64,000 nt of DNA. Origin: an uncultured delta proteobacterium (GTDB lineage: Bacteria > Myxococcota_A > Polyangia > Polyangiales > Polyangiaceae). The notes beneath the pieces are model-generated. The model had not been told where the DNA came from and did no database searches. It was given only the letters and a program-made list of their open reading frames with translations. Below, piece after piece: positions 39,676-49,243 of the stretch (positions within the stretch are counted from its first letter, which is position 1; each line of letters starts with the position of its first letter). Location: positions 21,989 through 85,988 of the forward strand of contig CAWEUH010000059.1 in the NCBI GenBank assembly GCA_963811985.1, read 5' to 3'. The translations under genes were made by a program, and so were the position numbers.

Positions 39676-41190
39676 CTATGCACGCAGGGCGCTGTGAGAA
39701 CGGGTGTTTCTAACGACGTACTGCACATCCGGTGTACTGTCAGCTTCAACGTAGATCTGATAGGAAAAAAGCGTCTTGCTCACGTGAATGAGCATGACGT
39801 TGGCCAACGTTGCGGTGCGCCCTATAATCCCGTTACCTAGTACCAGAGGGAATGGCACTGGGACACCTTGGATCTTTCGGATTCGAAAGCCGGCATCCGT
39901 CAGCAAGTACTTGGTCGAACGAAACGTGAAGAGGCGTCGATGGGTGAGGTCCAAAATGCCCGCTTTGCCGTAATTGAACTGCCCCAAGAGCAACATGATG
40001 CGCGGGATAATAAACGCAATATTGGGCGTTGTTAGCACCAGTCGCTTCGGAGTGTAGTCAAAACGCGCGCGGATTCTTTGCAGGAATTGCTCTGGATTGC
40101 GCAGATGTTCAATCACATCGAGCATGACTAGGTATTCGTATTGGTTTGGATCGAATTTTGGTTCCTCATTCAGATCCTGCACGATCACTCTTAGCGCCGG
40201 GTCGGCGTCCTTCGGAGCAGACTGATCGACAAGCGTGGTCTCACAACCTTTCTTGACCAACTCACCCGCAAGCCCGGTGGGGCGTGAACCCATGTCGAGC
40301 ACCGTGGCCCCTGCCGGAACCGCATCGAGCGCGTATGAGTGACTGCTCGGGAAGCCGAGCTTGAGCTCGTAGTGGGTATCGTCGGCGTCCAGATTGGGGT
40401 CGAAACGCCGCTGGTAGAATATTCCAGAACGATGCGCGACGTTCAGCAGTGTGGCAAAGATGACGTCTTTTGCGTACTTCATGCCGTTGACGCGGCTGAT
40501 CTCGTCGCCGTAATGCGTGGGGATCGGCAACTCGACGATTCGCATGCCGGCGTTGAGTAATTGCAGAATAATCTCCGTATCGAAATGGAATTCATTCGTG
40601 TTCAGCGTAAAGGGGATGCGAGCCAGCGCGGCGACCGAGTACAATCGGTAGCCACTGTGGAATTCCGAGAATCGCGTGCCCAGTAACGTGTTCTGTACGC
40701 GCGACAAGATCCGGTTGCCCAGGAACTTGTACAGAGGCATGCCACCGCGCAGCGCCGCGGTGCCTTGGAGCATACGGCTACCGAATACGGCGTGTGCGCG
40801 CCCGTCAAGCAGGGGTTGAAGTAACCGAGGCATTTCCTCGGGCGCATATTGACCATCGCCATGCAGCAGCACCACGCAATCAAAATGCTCTTCGATGGCG
40901 TAGGTGTAGCCAACCTTCTGATTGCCACCGTAACCCTGGTTTAGTTCGTTGCGCAGTACGTTCATCCGAATCTCGGGGTGCGCTAGACGATATTCGCGGC
41001 CCAGCTGGAACGTCCGATCCTCGGAAGCGTCATCAACTACGAGCACTTCACACTCGAAATTATCGAAAATCGATCGGGGAATACGCTCGAGCACCGCGGT
41101 CAGAGTCGATTCGGCATAATACGCAATGACGAAGATGAGGATTCTGGGTCGGTGGGGCAAGGCGGATCGCCATAGCACCGCTGTACTCAA
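39676..41190 (-). CDS. bifunctional family-2 glycosyltransferase / class I SAM-dependent methyltransferase
   Basis: GT2 motifs (VLVVDDASEDRT, DxD in LLHGDGQY). The C-terminal half has a methyltransferase fold (VLDMGSRPTGLAGELVKKG...MLDVIEHL). Confidence 0.85.
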   Translation of the reverse strand: MSTAVLWRSALPHRPRILIFVIAYYAESTLTAVLERIPRSIFDNFECEVLVVDDASEDRTFQLGREYRLAHPEIRMNVLRNELNQGYGGNQKVGYTYAIEEHFDCVVLLHGDGQYAPEEMPRLLQPLLDGRAHAVFGSRMLQGTAALRGGMPLYKFLGNRILSRVQNTLLGTRFSEFHSGYRLYSVAALARIPFTLNTNEFHFDTEIILQLLNAGMRIVELPIPTHYGDEISRVNGMKYAKDVIFATLLNVAHRSGIFYQRRFDPNLDADDTHYELKLGFPSSHSYALDAVPAGATVLDMGSRPTGLAGELVKKGCETTLVDQSAPKDADPALRVIVQDLNEEPKFDPNQYEYLVMLDVIEHLRNPEQFLQRIRARFDYTPKRLVLTTPNIAFIIPRIMLLLGQFNYGKAGILDLTHRRLFTFRSTKYLLTDAGFRIRKIQGVPVPFPLVLGNGIIGRTATLANVMLIHVSKTLFSYQIYVEADSTPDVQYVVRNTRSHSALRA

Positions 41191-41500
41191 TCGGGAATCG
41201 AGGAATCAGTGTACATGGGGCCGGTTCCGTGCCGTAACGGCATCAAGACCATGCTGCGAGGGTGCCCGCGGCGCATCCGTCTCAGCCAGAAACCGGCAAT
41301 GCGACGATCTGACCGGCAAAGCGAACGGGACCCCTGCGTTCACGAATGGGGACAACAGCCACCGCAGCGACTGGGAGAGAGTCCCGTTAATTACTTATGG
41401 AGTGACGGCACGTGGCCAAGGGCTGCGTTTGAAGCTAACGTTGCCTTCAGGTGGACACGTTCTCTCGGATCGGCCCAAACTTGACTCAAAGGAGAGCGCC

Positions 41501-41629
41501 GTGAACTCCAGGATGCTGCTAGTAAGCTCGCTGCTGTTGTCGAGCGCATGCGCAAAAGGGAACCCTCCACCCAACGGCGCGCCAGCTCCCGGCCACCCGC
41601 CGCACACGCCGCCTCGGACGTTTCTGTAG
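41501..41629 (+). CDS. candidate small Pro-rich lipopeptide (~42 aa)
   Basis: RBS AAGGAGAG lies 4-6 nt before a GTG. Signal peptide with lipobox (VNSRMLLVSSLLLSSAC), then AKGNPPPNGAPAPGHPPHTPPRTFL. Sits in an otherwise unannotated 540-bp gap. Confidence 0.35.
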   Translation: MNSRMLLVSSLLLSSACAKGNPPPNGAPAPGHPPHTPPRTFL

Positions 41630-41733
41630 CAAACACTACACCACAAGACTGCGAATGCGCTTTTGGAGATCTCTGTTGCACACTGCGGCACACGGCAGCG
41701 CCCACCCAGTGATGCCGGCAGGCGGTCTGCGGG

Positions 41734-42741
41734 TCAACCGCTAATGCTATTGAGGCAGAAACTGTACGGAACCGAGTATAGGTCATCTCCTGGCACCAAT
41801 ATCATTACCTCCTGTAGCGGCTGACCCGAGTACCGCGTTCCCAGGCCGTCCCAGCAACTGGTGTTGAAGTTGGACCAAGGAATTGTCACTGCTTGATTAA
41901 AGGTGGTCATCGTCGCGCACCAACGATCCGTCGCGTCGGTGGCGGCGTTGGGCCCCTGGATTTGAACTCGCAACACCGAAGTGCCGTTGTTGCTCACGTT
42001 GACCGTCACACCGCCGGAGGATACTGAAGCGGGTGTCCAGGTTCCCTGTGCGGTGGCGCCCTTTGCCTGATTGATATTGTACCCAACGACAGCGATGCCA
42101 CTGTAGTCCAGCATGGGCCCAACGCTACCGGACACGCAAAAAGGCGTGCCTGGGGTATGCGATGTGAAGTCAATCGGAGTAATCGTCGATCCCGTGCCCG
42201 TTGCCAAATCCCACATGGTTCCGTTCCAGACGCCGCCAACGTAATACGCGCCGTCGCCCGAACTGGAACCACCAACGGAATCGGCTCCACCTACCGCTGG
42301 CGCACCCCCCGCGGCGTTGAGCGTTGTTGCACCGCCTGTCGCAGGCGGGACAAAAGTCGTGCCTCCCGTGGCTTGCTGGTTGGGTACGCCACCCGTGTCA
42401 CCCACGTTGGACGCGCCGCCCGTGACCGCTGCAGGCGCACCCCCCGTGGCCAGTTCATTCGGCGAGCCACCGGTGGCCTGCTGGTTCGGCGCGCCACCCG
42501 TATTCATGGCTGTAGCTGAGCCTCCGGTAGTGTCGCTGCTTGAATTGCCACCGACCTCTGACGCGGCGCCTGCCAGCGACGAGTTTCCGCCATTCGACGC
42601 ATTGCCTGCCGTACTGCTTGAACCCGCAACACCCAATACTCGATTGGCATTGCCGGCGTCACAGCCGCCCAGGGCAATGGCCATGGCCGAGCCGCTGATG
42701 AACGCGTTGAACCGAACGATCGTGCATATTGACATCATAGC
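41734..42741 (-). CDS. secreted lipoprotein with a Gly/Thr/Ala-rich linker and a C-terminal beta-rich domain (possible carbohydrate-binding module)
   Basis: Lipobox MMSICTIV...ALGGC. TGG/ATGG linker repeats. The C-terminal ~170 aa are rich in W/Y/N and Cys pairs. Confidence 0.6.
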   Translation of the reverse strand, partial: AMMSICTIVRFNAFISGSAMAIALGGCDAGNANRVLGVAGSSSTAGNASNGGNSSLAGAASEVGGNSSSDTTGGSATAMNTGGAPNQQATGGSPNELATGGAPAAVTGGASNVGDTGGVPNQQATGGTTFVPPATGGATTLNAAGGAPAVGGADSVGGSSSGDGAYYVGGVWNGTMWDLATGTGSTITPIDFTSHTPGTPFCVSGSVGPMLDYSGIAVVGYNINQAKGATAQGTWTPASVSSGGVTVNVSNNGTSVLRVQIQGPNAATDATDRWCATMTTFNQAVTIPWSNFNTSCWDGLGTRYSGQPLQEVMILVPGDDLYSVPYSFCLNSISG

Positions 42742-43038
42742 CATCGACAAAGCACGGTCCGTGCCGACGCTGAGAGCCACCGGAAACGGCAGATTTTAGC
42801 CCTCCGCGGCGTGCGCACACGGGCCCGCACACTGCGCGCACAGGTATCAAGGTAGGGAGACTGATGGGCAAGCCAGAAGCCCGATGGGATCAACGCCGCT
42901 TGATCCCGCTCTGTTGATCACTCGCGGCGGCTTTGGGATAGCCATAAGCCTGACGGGGTGGACGTCCGGCAACTGCCCATTGGATCCTACCCACGGTTCG
43001 TCTATCCTCCCAGACCATCATGACGCTCAACCCAGAGC

Positions 43039-44093
43039 TTGTCTCCAAGCTCGCAGCCAATTCGCGATGCGCTGTGGGAACGTCCCCATGCATTCTTGCC
43101 TGTGGTGGGCTCCGGGTTGTCGCGGCCTTGGCTCAAGTCTTGGGTCGAACTACTGGACCTGCTTGCTGCCGAATTGCCGCCGGACATGCAGAAGGAAGTC
43201 GCGAGCGAGATGGCAGCGCAGCGCTATCTGAATGTCGCGTCTGTCCTTGAGAGTACGTGCCCGGTGGGCGTTCGCGAGTGTAGTCGATTATCCAGCAACT
43301 TTACCAGCGTCCGAAGAGGCTGCGGCCGGCAGTTTACGATGCGTTGGTAAAGTTGCCAATCGAGCAATACGTCACTACCAACTACGACCCTTGGCTCAAG
43401 TGCGCTCTGCCGATGGCGCCCTGGTAACACTCCGCGAATCTACGCGCCACGCTTCAGGGTAGCTTTCCCGATACGCTCGCAGGTACTGCGCCGCTCGTAC
43501 TCATGGTGCACGGTGACGCTGACGAGCCCAGTACTTGTGTACTGAGCATGCGTGGCTATCGCAATTTGCTTTACGGTGCGCAGGCCTGGCGGGAAGGCAT
43601 GAAGCAACTGGTTGGGCAGCGAAAGCTTCTGTTCTTTGGGCATTCGCTTGCGGATCCGGACCTGACTGCGCTGCTCGATGAATGGCAGGCCGTGTTTGCG
43701 CCGAATAGTGGCCCGCCTCGACACTACCTATTCGGCGCGGGCATCTCTATCGTACGGCGGGAGCTCTTGATGGATCGCGGCGTCGAGCCCATCGACCACA
43801 ACGACCACGCGCTGCTACCCGAGATACTCGAATACCTCGTCAAACCCCCTGCCGGTCACGTGGCGGCGGTTGCCAGCGGCGTGCAAGCGGATATCCAAAA
43901 GTACTTAGTTCGCCTGATTGACGACACTCGCTATATTGACATTCAAGGGATTGGCACGCGGCATGGCCAGGGCAAAACCGCGCTCAGCTACCCGATTGAG
44001 GAGCTTTACACGCCGCTTCGCACGCGCGCCGGGCGCGACAGCGCGGGCACGCCGGGGCTCGAGTGCTTGGCTGAGCCCGCGATGAACTCGTGA
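43039..44093 (+). pseudogene. SIR2-like (defence-type SIR2_2) domain gene split into three frame segments by a frameshift (~43284) and an in-frame TAA (43425-43427)
   Basis: Segment 1 (frame 1): AFLPVVGSGLSRPWLKSWVELLDLLA, the GxGxS NAD-site start. Segment 2 (frame 0): RLRPAVYDALVKLPIEQYVTTNYDPWLK-TAA. Segment 3 (frame 0): APLVLMVHGD...LLFFGHSLADPDLTALLDEW. Together these make one SIR2-family domain. Confidence 0.7.
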
Positions 44094-44105
44094 GTCTCAT
44101 CGGAC

Positions 44106-46251
44106 GTGTTGCCCGGACATCGGCTGCTGTTGATTCAGGGCCAACCGGGAGCGGGCAAGACGACATTCTTACGGCTCGTGGCCTGCATGTTGGCCCGCGA
44201 CGCGCTCGGCATACCCGATCCTGAAGGCCAAGCCTGGGCTCAGCGAGTCTTGGGGCTCGAACCGGTCACGCCCGCGCCGACGCCCATCTTCCTGCGTGCG
44301 TCCCTGCTGGTGCTCCTGTTGAAAGCAATGCCATGCCCGCACGCCTTTGACCGCAGCGCGCTTGCGGCGTTCATCGAGCAGCTTTGCTGCGTGAATGACA
44401 GCGCGGTTCCCAGGCGCCATTGGGAGAAACTCCTCGAATCCGGGCAAGCACAATTGCTGCTCGACGGCGTCGATGAAGTCGCCGATCCTGAGTTGCGCAA
44501 CCGGCTTTTCGATTCGCTGCGCGACGCGGTTCGTCATTGGCCGTGCCCGGTCATCGTCAGCAGTCGCCCGCTTGAGACCGAGCGGCTTCTTGATATTGGG
44601 TTTTTTGGCGTCACGGTGGAGCCATTTCGGCGGCAAGAAATCGAAACCTTCGTGGGGCGTTGGGTCAAAGGCCTGCGCGCCACCGAAGACTTGGCGTTCA
44701 TCTCCGACAAAGCCGGACGCCATCGCACTGAGCTCGTCTCGGCCATTTTGCAGAGTCCGCAGATCCGCAGGCTTGCGGAAAACCCGGTCATGCTCACGTG
44801 CCTGTGCGTCGTGCACTTCAATGAAGGCAAGTTGCCGGACGGGCGCGCGCGCCTGTACAGCGCTGTCATGGAATGGCTCCTGAAGGCGCGAACCGAACGC
44901 CGCAAAGCAGCCGGCTACGGCGACGAGTTTGCGCGGCGCGCCTTTGCGCGCCTGGCGCTCGGCATGATGACCACAGCGCAAGGCAAGCGCAGCAGTAGCA
45001 GTTTCGGCGAGGCAACCCGCCTGCTATGCGCGGACTTGAAACGGCAGTTTCCCGATGAAGCTGAAGACCAAATCGGACGCACCGGCGAGCTATGGCTACA
45101 ATTCGAATGCGAGGCGAGCGGCATCATTCAAGAGCTGCCCGGGCGGCAACTGCGGTTCTGGCACTTGACGTTTCAAGAATACCTGGCAGCCCTTCAACTC
45201 AGTTGGCAATCATCCAGCAGCGACGGATGGTGGACAGACATCGTGAGCCAACACCTGCAAGACGCGCAATGGCGCGAGACCATCGAGGTGTTACCCGGTT
45301 GCCTGCTTGACGGACCGGGAATCGACTCGGTCGATGACTTGCTCAATCGGGTTGTGGCGCTCCTAGGCACGCGCGATGACTTGCCGAGCCAAGCGCGCCT
45401 AGCCGCGGTGCTGTCGCGCTTGCTCTTGCCGCTCAATGTGTACGAGTACAAGGTGCCACCCAGAATCAAGGCGGTATACGATGCGGCGCTCGAACGCTCG
45501 ATGGCGATATTCACGCTCGAGGGTGCCCGGCAGGTGCCCGTGAAAACTCGCATCGAAGTTGCCGAGGCGCTGGGGCGCGCCGGAGATCCGCGCCTGACGC
45601 CGGACAAAGACAATTTCATTTTGGTGCCGGGCACATCCGTGAGCCTGGGCAAATACCCCGTAACCGTCGAGGAATACCAGCGCTTCGTGGACGCGCGCGG
45701 CTACGAGCAGAGCAAGTATTGGTCGCCAGAGGCTTGGGCCGCGAAGACCGAGGCCCAATGGGTTGCACCCGGCGAATGGGAGCATCAGCTCCGCGCTCCG
45801 AATTGCCCCGTGGTAAACGTGTGCTTGGTATGAGGCGCAGGCCCATTGCGCCTGGCAGAGTGATCACCTAGGGCGAGCCATTCGACTGCCTACGGAACAG
45901 GAATGGCAAGCGGCGGCTGCCGCAGAAAAGGGCGAATACCCCTGGGGCGAACCAGAGCCCAACGAGGAGCTAGCCAACTTTGCGCCGAATTTCAAACCCA
46001 ACGTCGGACATCCAACACCCGTGGGCATCTACCCTGCAGGCAACGGTCGACATGGTCACTGCGACTTGGCGGGCAACGCACTCGAATGGTGCGAAGACTT
46101 GTACGACAGCAATGACGCAGGCCTCGTGCGTGTCGTTCGGGGTGGCGGTTGGTACGGCAACGCCCAGCTCTGTCGCTCTGCCTTCCGCGTCAGGGGGCAA
46201 TCGTCGCTCCACGCTGGTAACCTCGGTTTCCGTCTTGCCGCAGGTCAGTGA
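44106..46251 (+). CDS. NACHT/STAND NTPase with a C-terminal FGE-sulfatase (FGS) domain, frameshifted (+1 T) at ~45826. Starts 12 nt after an in-frame TGA that separates it from the SIR2 segments
   Basis: Walker A GQPGAGKTTFL at residues 11-21. Walker B LLLDGVDEV. The C-terminal FGS domain in frame 0 (YEQSKYWSPEAWAAKTE...NCPVVNVC) continues in frame 1 (WYEAQAHCAW...RLPTEQEW...YPWG...GNALEWCEDLYD...RVVRGGGWY...GFRLA) up to the stop at 46251. Confidence 0.75.
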
Positions 46252-46340
46252 GCAAGGGGCGCAGGATTGCGCCGTGGAAGGACCAAGGGCCGTCGTCGGC
46301 GGCGCGACGAGGGACGAGGAGCGCAAGCAAACGACGGCGT
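46240..46340. repeat. ~100-bp imperfect direct repeat, copy 1; copy 2 is at 47049..47147. Together they flank the DUF433/DUF5615 module
   Basis: Shared blocks are GGGGCGCAGG(G)ATTGC(G/A)CC, ...TGGAAGGA..., ...GGCGGCG...GCGCGA(CGA)GGGACGAGG(A/G)GCG(C/T)AAGCA...GCGGCG. Each copy begins immediately after a stop codon (46251, 47036) and contains a short GC hairpin. Confidence 0.55.
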
Positions 46341-46437
46341 TGTTTGTGAGCAGTGAGCAGTGTGCAGGGGCAGCGCAAAAAGGGTTGCCATCCGCGTCGT
46401 GTTGCAGCGTGCCAGATAGCGGACTATCCTAGGGGTC

Positions 46438-46674
46438 ATGGCCTACTTGGTGTCGCGCATCTCGGTAGATCCGCAGATTTGCGGGGGGCAACCGTGCGTG
46501 CGCGGGTTACGAATTCCCGTATCGGTGGTGCTGAAGTACCTGGCGGCAGGAAAATCAACAGCGGATATCATCGACGAGCTTCCTGAACTCGAGGCAGAGG
46601 ATATCAACGATTGTCTCCGATACGCTGCCTGGCTGGCGTCAGGTCGCTCAATCGTACTGCCACCGGCTGCGTAA
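46438..46674 (+). CDS. DUF433-domain protein (antitoxin-like partner of DUF5615)
   Basis: DUF433 signature (PCVRGLRIPVSVVLKYLAAGKSTADII...NDCLRYAAW). Its stop overlaps the next start (TAATG). Confidence 0.8.
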   Translation: MAYLVSRISVDPQICGGQPCVRGLRIPVSVVLKYLAAGKSTADIIDELPELEAEDINDCLRYAAWLASGRSIVLPPAA

Positions 46675-47036
46675 TGAAGTACATCGCAGACGTAAACGTA
46701 TCTCGCAGGGTTGTTGAAAGCCTGAGAGCCTTGGGGTTTGACATAATCCGGGTGACGGAACTCCTTGATGCAAGGTCATCAGACCAAACGATTCTCTCGG
46801 AGGCAGCCAGACTCCACGCGGTTTTAATCAGTCACGACCACTTCGGTGCACTGCTTGCCATCACCGGCGCGACGTCACCTTCATTTGTCAATCTCCGTCT
46901 GTCCGAAGTTGACGCGACCCGGCTGGCGGCGAGCATTGAGCAGGTGCTCCGAGCAACGCATGAAGAGCTCTCTTCAGGCGCGGTGGTCACGTTGGACGAC
47001 AACGGCGTCCGTGTGCACCTCTTGCCATTAGCTTGA
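46674..47036 (+). CDS. DUF5615 (PIN-like) domain protein, toxin-like partner of DUF433
   Basis: MKYIADVNVSRRVVESLRALGFDIIRVTELL... is typical of DUF5615. The ATG overlaps the upstream stop by 1 nt. Confidence 0.8.
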   Translation: MKYIADVNVSRRVVESLRALGFDIIRVTELLDARSSDQTILSEAARLHAVLISHDHFGALLAITGATSPSFVNLRLSEVDATRLAASIEQVLRATHEELSSGAVVTLDDNGVRVHLLPLA

Positions 47037-47048
47037 TGCCACTCGACT

Positions 47049-47147
47049 GAAGTCAGGGGCGCAGGGATTGCACCCTGGAAGGAAGGGTCAGAAGCCGGCG
47101 GCGGTGGCGCGAGGGACGAGGGGCGTAAGCAGACTGCAGCGGCGCCA
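47049..47147. repeat. copy 2 of the ~100-bp direct repeat flanking the DUF433/DUF5615 module
   Basis: ~75-80% identical to 46240..46340. Starts right after the DUF5615 stop codon. Confidence 0.55.
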
Positions 47148-47494
47148 CGGATCCAGACTTTGAAGTTACACAACTGTGCTTTGAAGTTGCACAACCGTCC
47201 CGCGAAGCTTCGTTTTCCAATTCGGAAGCTCCGTTGCCGACTTTCGAAGCGCTGCACCGGGTTTTGAGTCGAAACCTCGCGAAAATCGGGTTCAGCAAGA
47301 GTGGAATCTGGCTCTTGGCGAATGGACCAGGCTATTTCTAGCGGGATCCAAGCGCTGGGCGCCGGGAAAGGACCTTCAAAACCCGGCGCGAAGGTTCTGT
47401 TGACTCGCACTCCCGTTCCAGCCCGGGGGGTGTCAGAATTTCCGTGTAATTTGACTTGGACAGACTACCGAACCTGACACCCCGAAACCGATTA

Positions 47495-48577
47495 ATGCGA
47501 TCACCGATTCCAATTCTCGGAGTGGTTTGTGCCACGGGATGGTCGTGTTCACGGGAACGCAATCCCACCCCAGCCTCGACGTTTTCGAGCACGACGAAGA
47601 CTCTCCCTTCCGCAACTGAACTGAGTAACCGCAAAGGTGATGCCGCAGCTCTCAGTGCAAGTGCTCGCCAGGCCTCGAGTGAAACGGACTTGGGCAAGAC
47701 GGCCGAGCCGAACGTATCTCACCTTCGCGCAGCACTTCTTGCCTCAGATACGAGGAAATTCGCTTCACTACTGACGTATCCAGTACAGGTGAACACGGGT
47801 TCACTCTGCACGGCATCCATCCCGAACGCAAAAGCATTCATCGCCAACTTCAATCAGATTGTTCGGGGCAAAGGGGAAACTGCACTCAGGTCAACGGACC
47901 CGGATTACTTCGCTACCTGGCAAGGCATTACTTTGGGAAATGGAAGCGTGTGGTTTGACGCGTTTGGCGACGGGGGAGTCACTCTATCCGTATTCAACTC
48001 CGACGCATGGCGCATTGGCGCCTTCCCCTGCGACGGAGAACCGGAGCAAGCCCCGCCAAAATGGATTGCCGGGACGTGGCGAGTTACCTCGGTCGCAATC
48101 CTTCAGGGTGGACAACTCATTCCGAAATCCCCAACCACTTGGATTGGCAAAAGCATCGACATTGACATGCGGACGCGGAAAGCCAACGTAAGTCTGCGAG
48201 AAGGCTCCGCCCGCGAGTGCTCAGTCGGCAGGCATGCTAGTCGCCGTTTCGAAAACGCCCGGGAAATGGGTGCTTCGTTTGCGGGTCTGTCTCTTGACAA
48301 GAGCAGTGGCTTTCTCGATCTTGAGTGCAGCGAGGCGGGTGAGCGTTACGTCGAACGCATAGACATAATCGACAAGACGGCACTAGCAGTTGTGGGTGAT
48401 GACAGGTATCTGCTGGTGCTCAGGCGCGAGGCGCGTACGGCAGCGAAGTCCATGGGGTTGTTGAAACCCGATGAACCGTGCGGACAATTCAATGATCAAT
48501 GCTCGATTGGTTACGTTTGTACAGCGTCGCGAAATGGCGAAGGCAAGCTACTCGAATCATGCCGCGAGATCGACTGA
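47495..48577 (+). CDS. hypothetical lipoprotein
   Basis: Lipobox MRSPIPILGVVCATGWSC. A 360-aa soluble domain with no recognised family. Confidence 0.55.
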   Translation: MRSPIPILGVVCATGWSCSRERNPTPASTFSSTTKTLPSATELSNRKGDAAALSASARQASSETDLGKTAEPNVSHLRAALLASDTRKFASLLTYPVQVNTGSLCTASIPNAKAFIANFNQIVRGKGETALRSTDPDYFATWQGITLGNGSVWFDAFGDGGVTLSVFNSDAWRIGAFPCDGEPEQAPPKWIAGTWRVTSVAILQGGQLIPKSPTTWIGKSIDIDMRTRKANVSLREGSARECSVGRHASRRFENAREMGASFAGLSLDKSSGFLDLECSEAGERYVERIDIIDKTALAVVGDDRYLLVLRREARTAAKSMGLLKPDEPCGQFNDQCSIGYVCTASRNGEGKLLESCREID

Positions 48578-48602
48578 AGAACTGAATCTGTCCAACTCCG
48601 AT

Positions 48603-49058
48603 CTATTTCTTTTCCAAGACAATGGTAAAGGCCGCCGGTTCGCCCTTCGGGGCGCCAAAACCGATTTGAAGTGTCCCAGTCTTGAGTCCGAACACCTTGC
48701 CAAGGGCGGCGCTATCTTGCACGGGTGCCCATTGCTTCCCGTCGGGACTTAAGAGCATGCCGGCTGAACCAAAGTACATATAGGTATCCTGCGAAAAGAC
48801 GAGATAGTCCTGTCCGGGCTGCAGTGCGATGGGGCCGAGGGAAGCGTGCAGGTTGACGGGAACCTTGTCTCCTTTTCTCAGTAACACGACGAAGGCCTTT
48901 GGACCCGTGGTCATGAGCTTACTCAGAGTTTCCTCCGGCGCGGCGTTGATTGTTGCGATGGTGAAATTCGGCACCTGCGATAGGTCCATGGTACGTACCG
49001 AAGCGCCGCACCCGGTGGTAAAGCCAATGATGAAGAGTAGAGTGAATGAAATACGCAT
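48603..49058 (-). CDS. hypothetical small lipoprotein
   Basis: Lipobox MRISFTLLFIIGFTTGC. 150 aa with beta-rich composition. Confidence 0.6.
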   Translation of the reverse strand: MRISFTLLFIIGFTTGCGASVRTMDLSQVPNFTIATINAAPEETLSKLMTTGPKAFVVLLRKGDKVPVNLHASLGPIALQPGQDYLVFSQDTYMYFGSAGMLLSPDGKQWAPVQDSAALGKVFGLKTGTLQIGFGAPKGEPAAFTIVLEKK

Positions 49059-49243
49059 GAATTATTGTTCCTCGTTCAGCCGGCGTCACGATCACGAGGG
49101 GCCGCCGGCTTGCGAATGTGGACTCTATCACAGACCTTGGCACGTGATGGCAAGCAGGGATCAACTGATGCGCAAGCGTTTCGGCGTCAGGAGTGCCTGC
49201 CCGCAGTCCTTGGCGCGCCCGAGCACGCCCTTGCACGCCGCCC

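Noticed and set aside
41126-41629. Long-ORF interpretation (167 aa) of the region between the GT2-methyltransferase and the secreted protein
   Set aside because: Only the last ~42 codons have an RBS, a signal peptide and sensible composition. The upstream part is Arg-rich noise.
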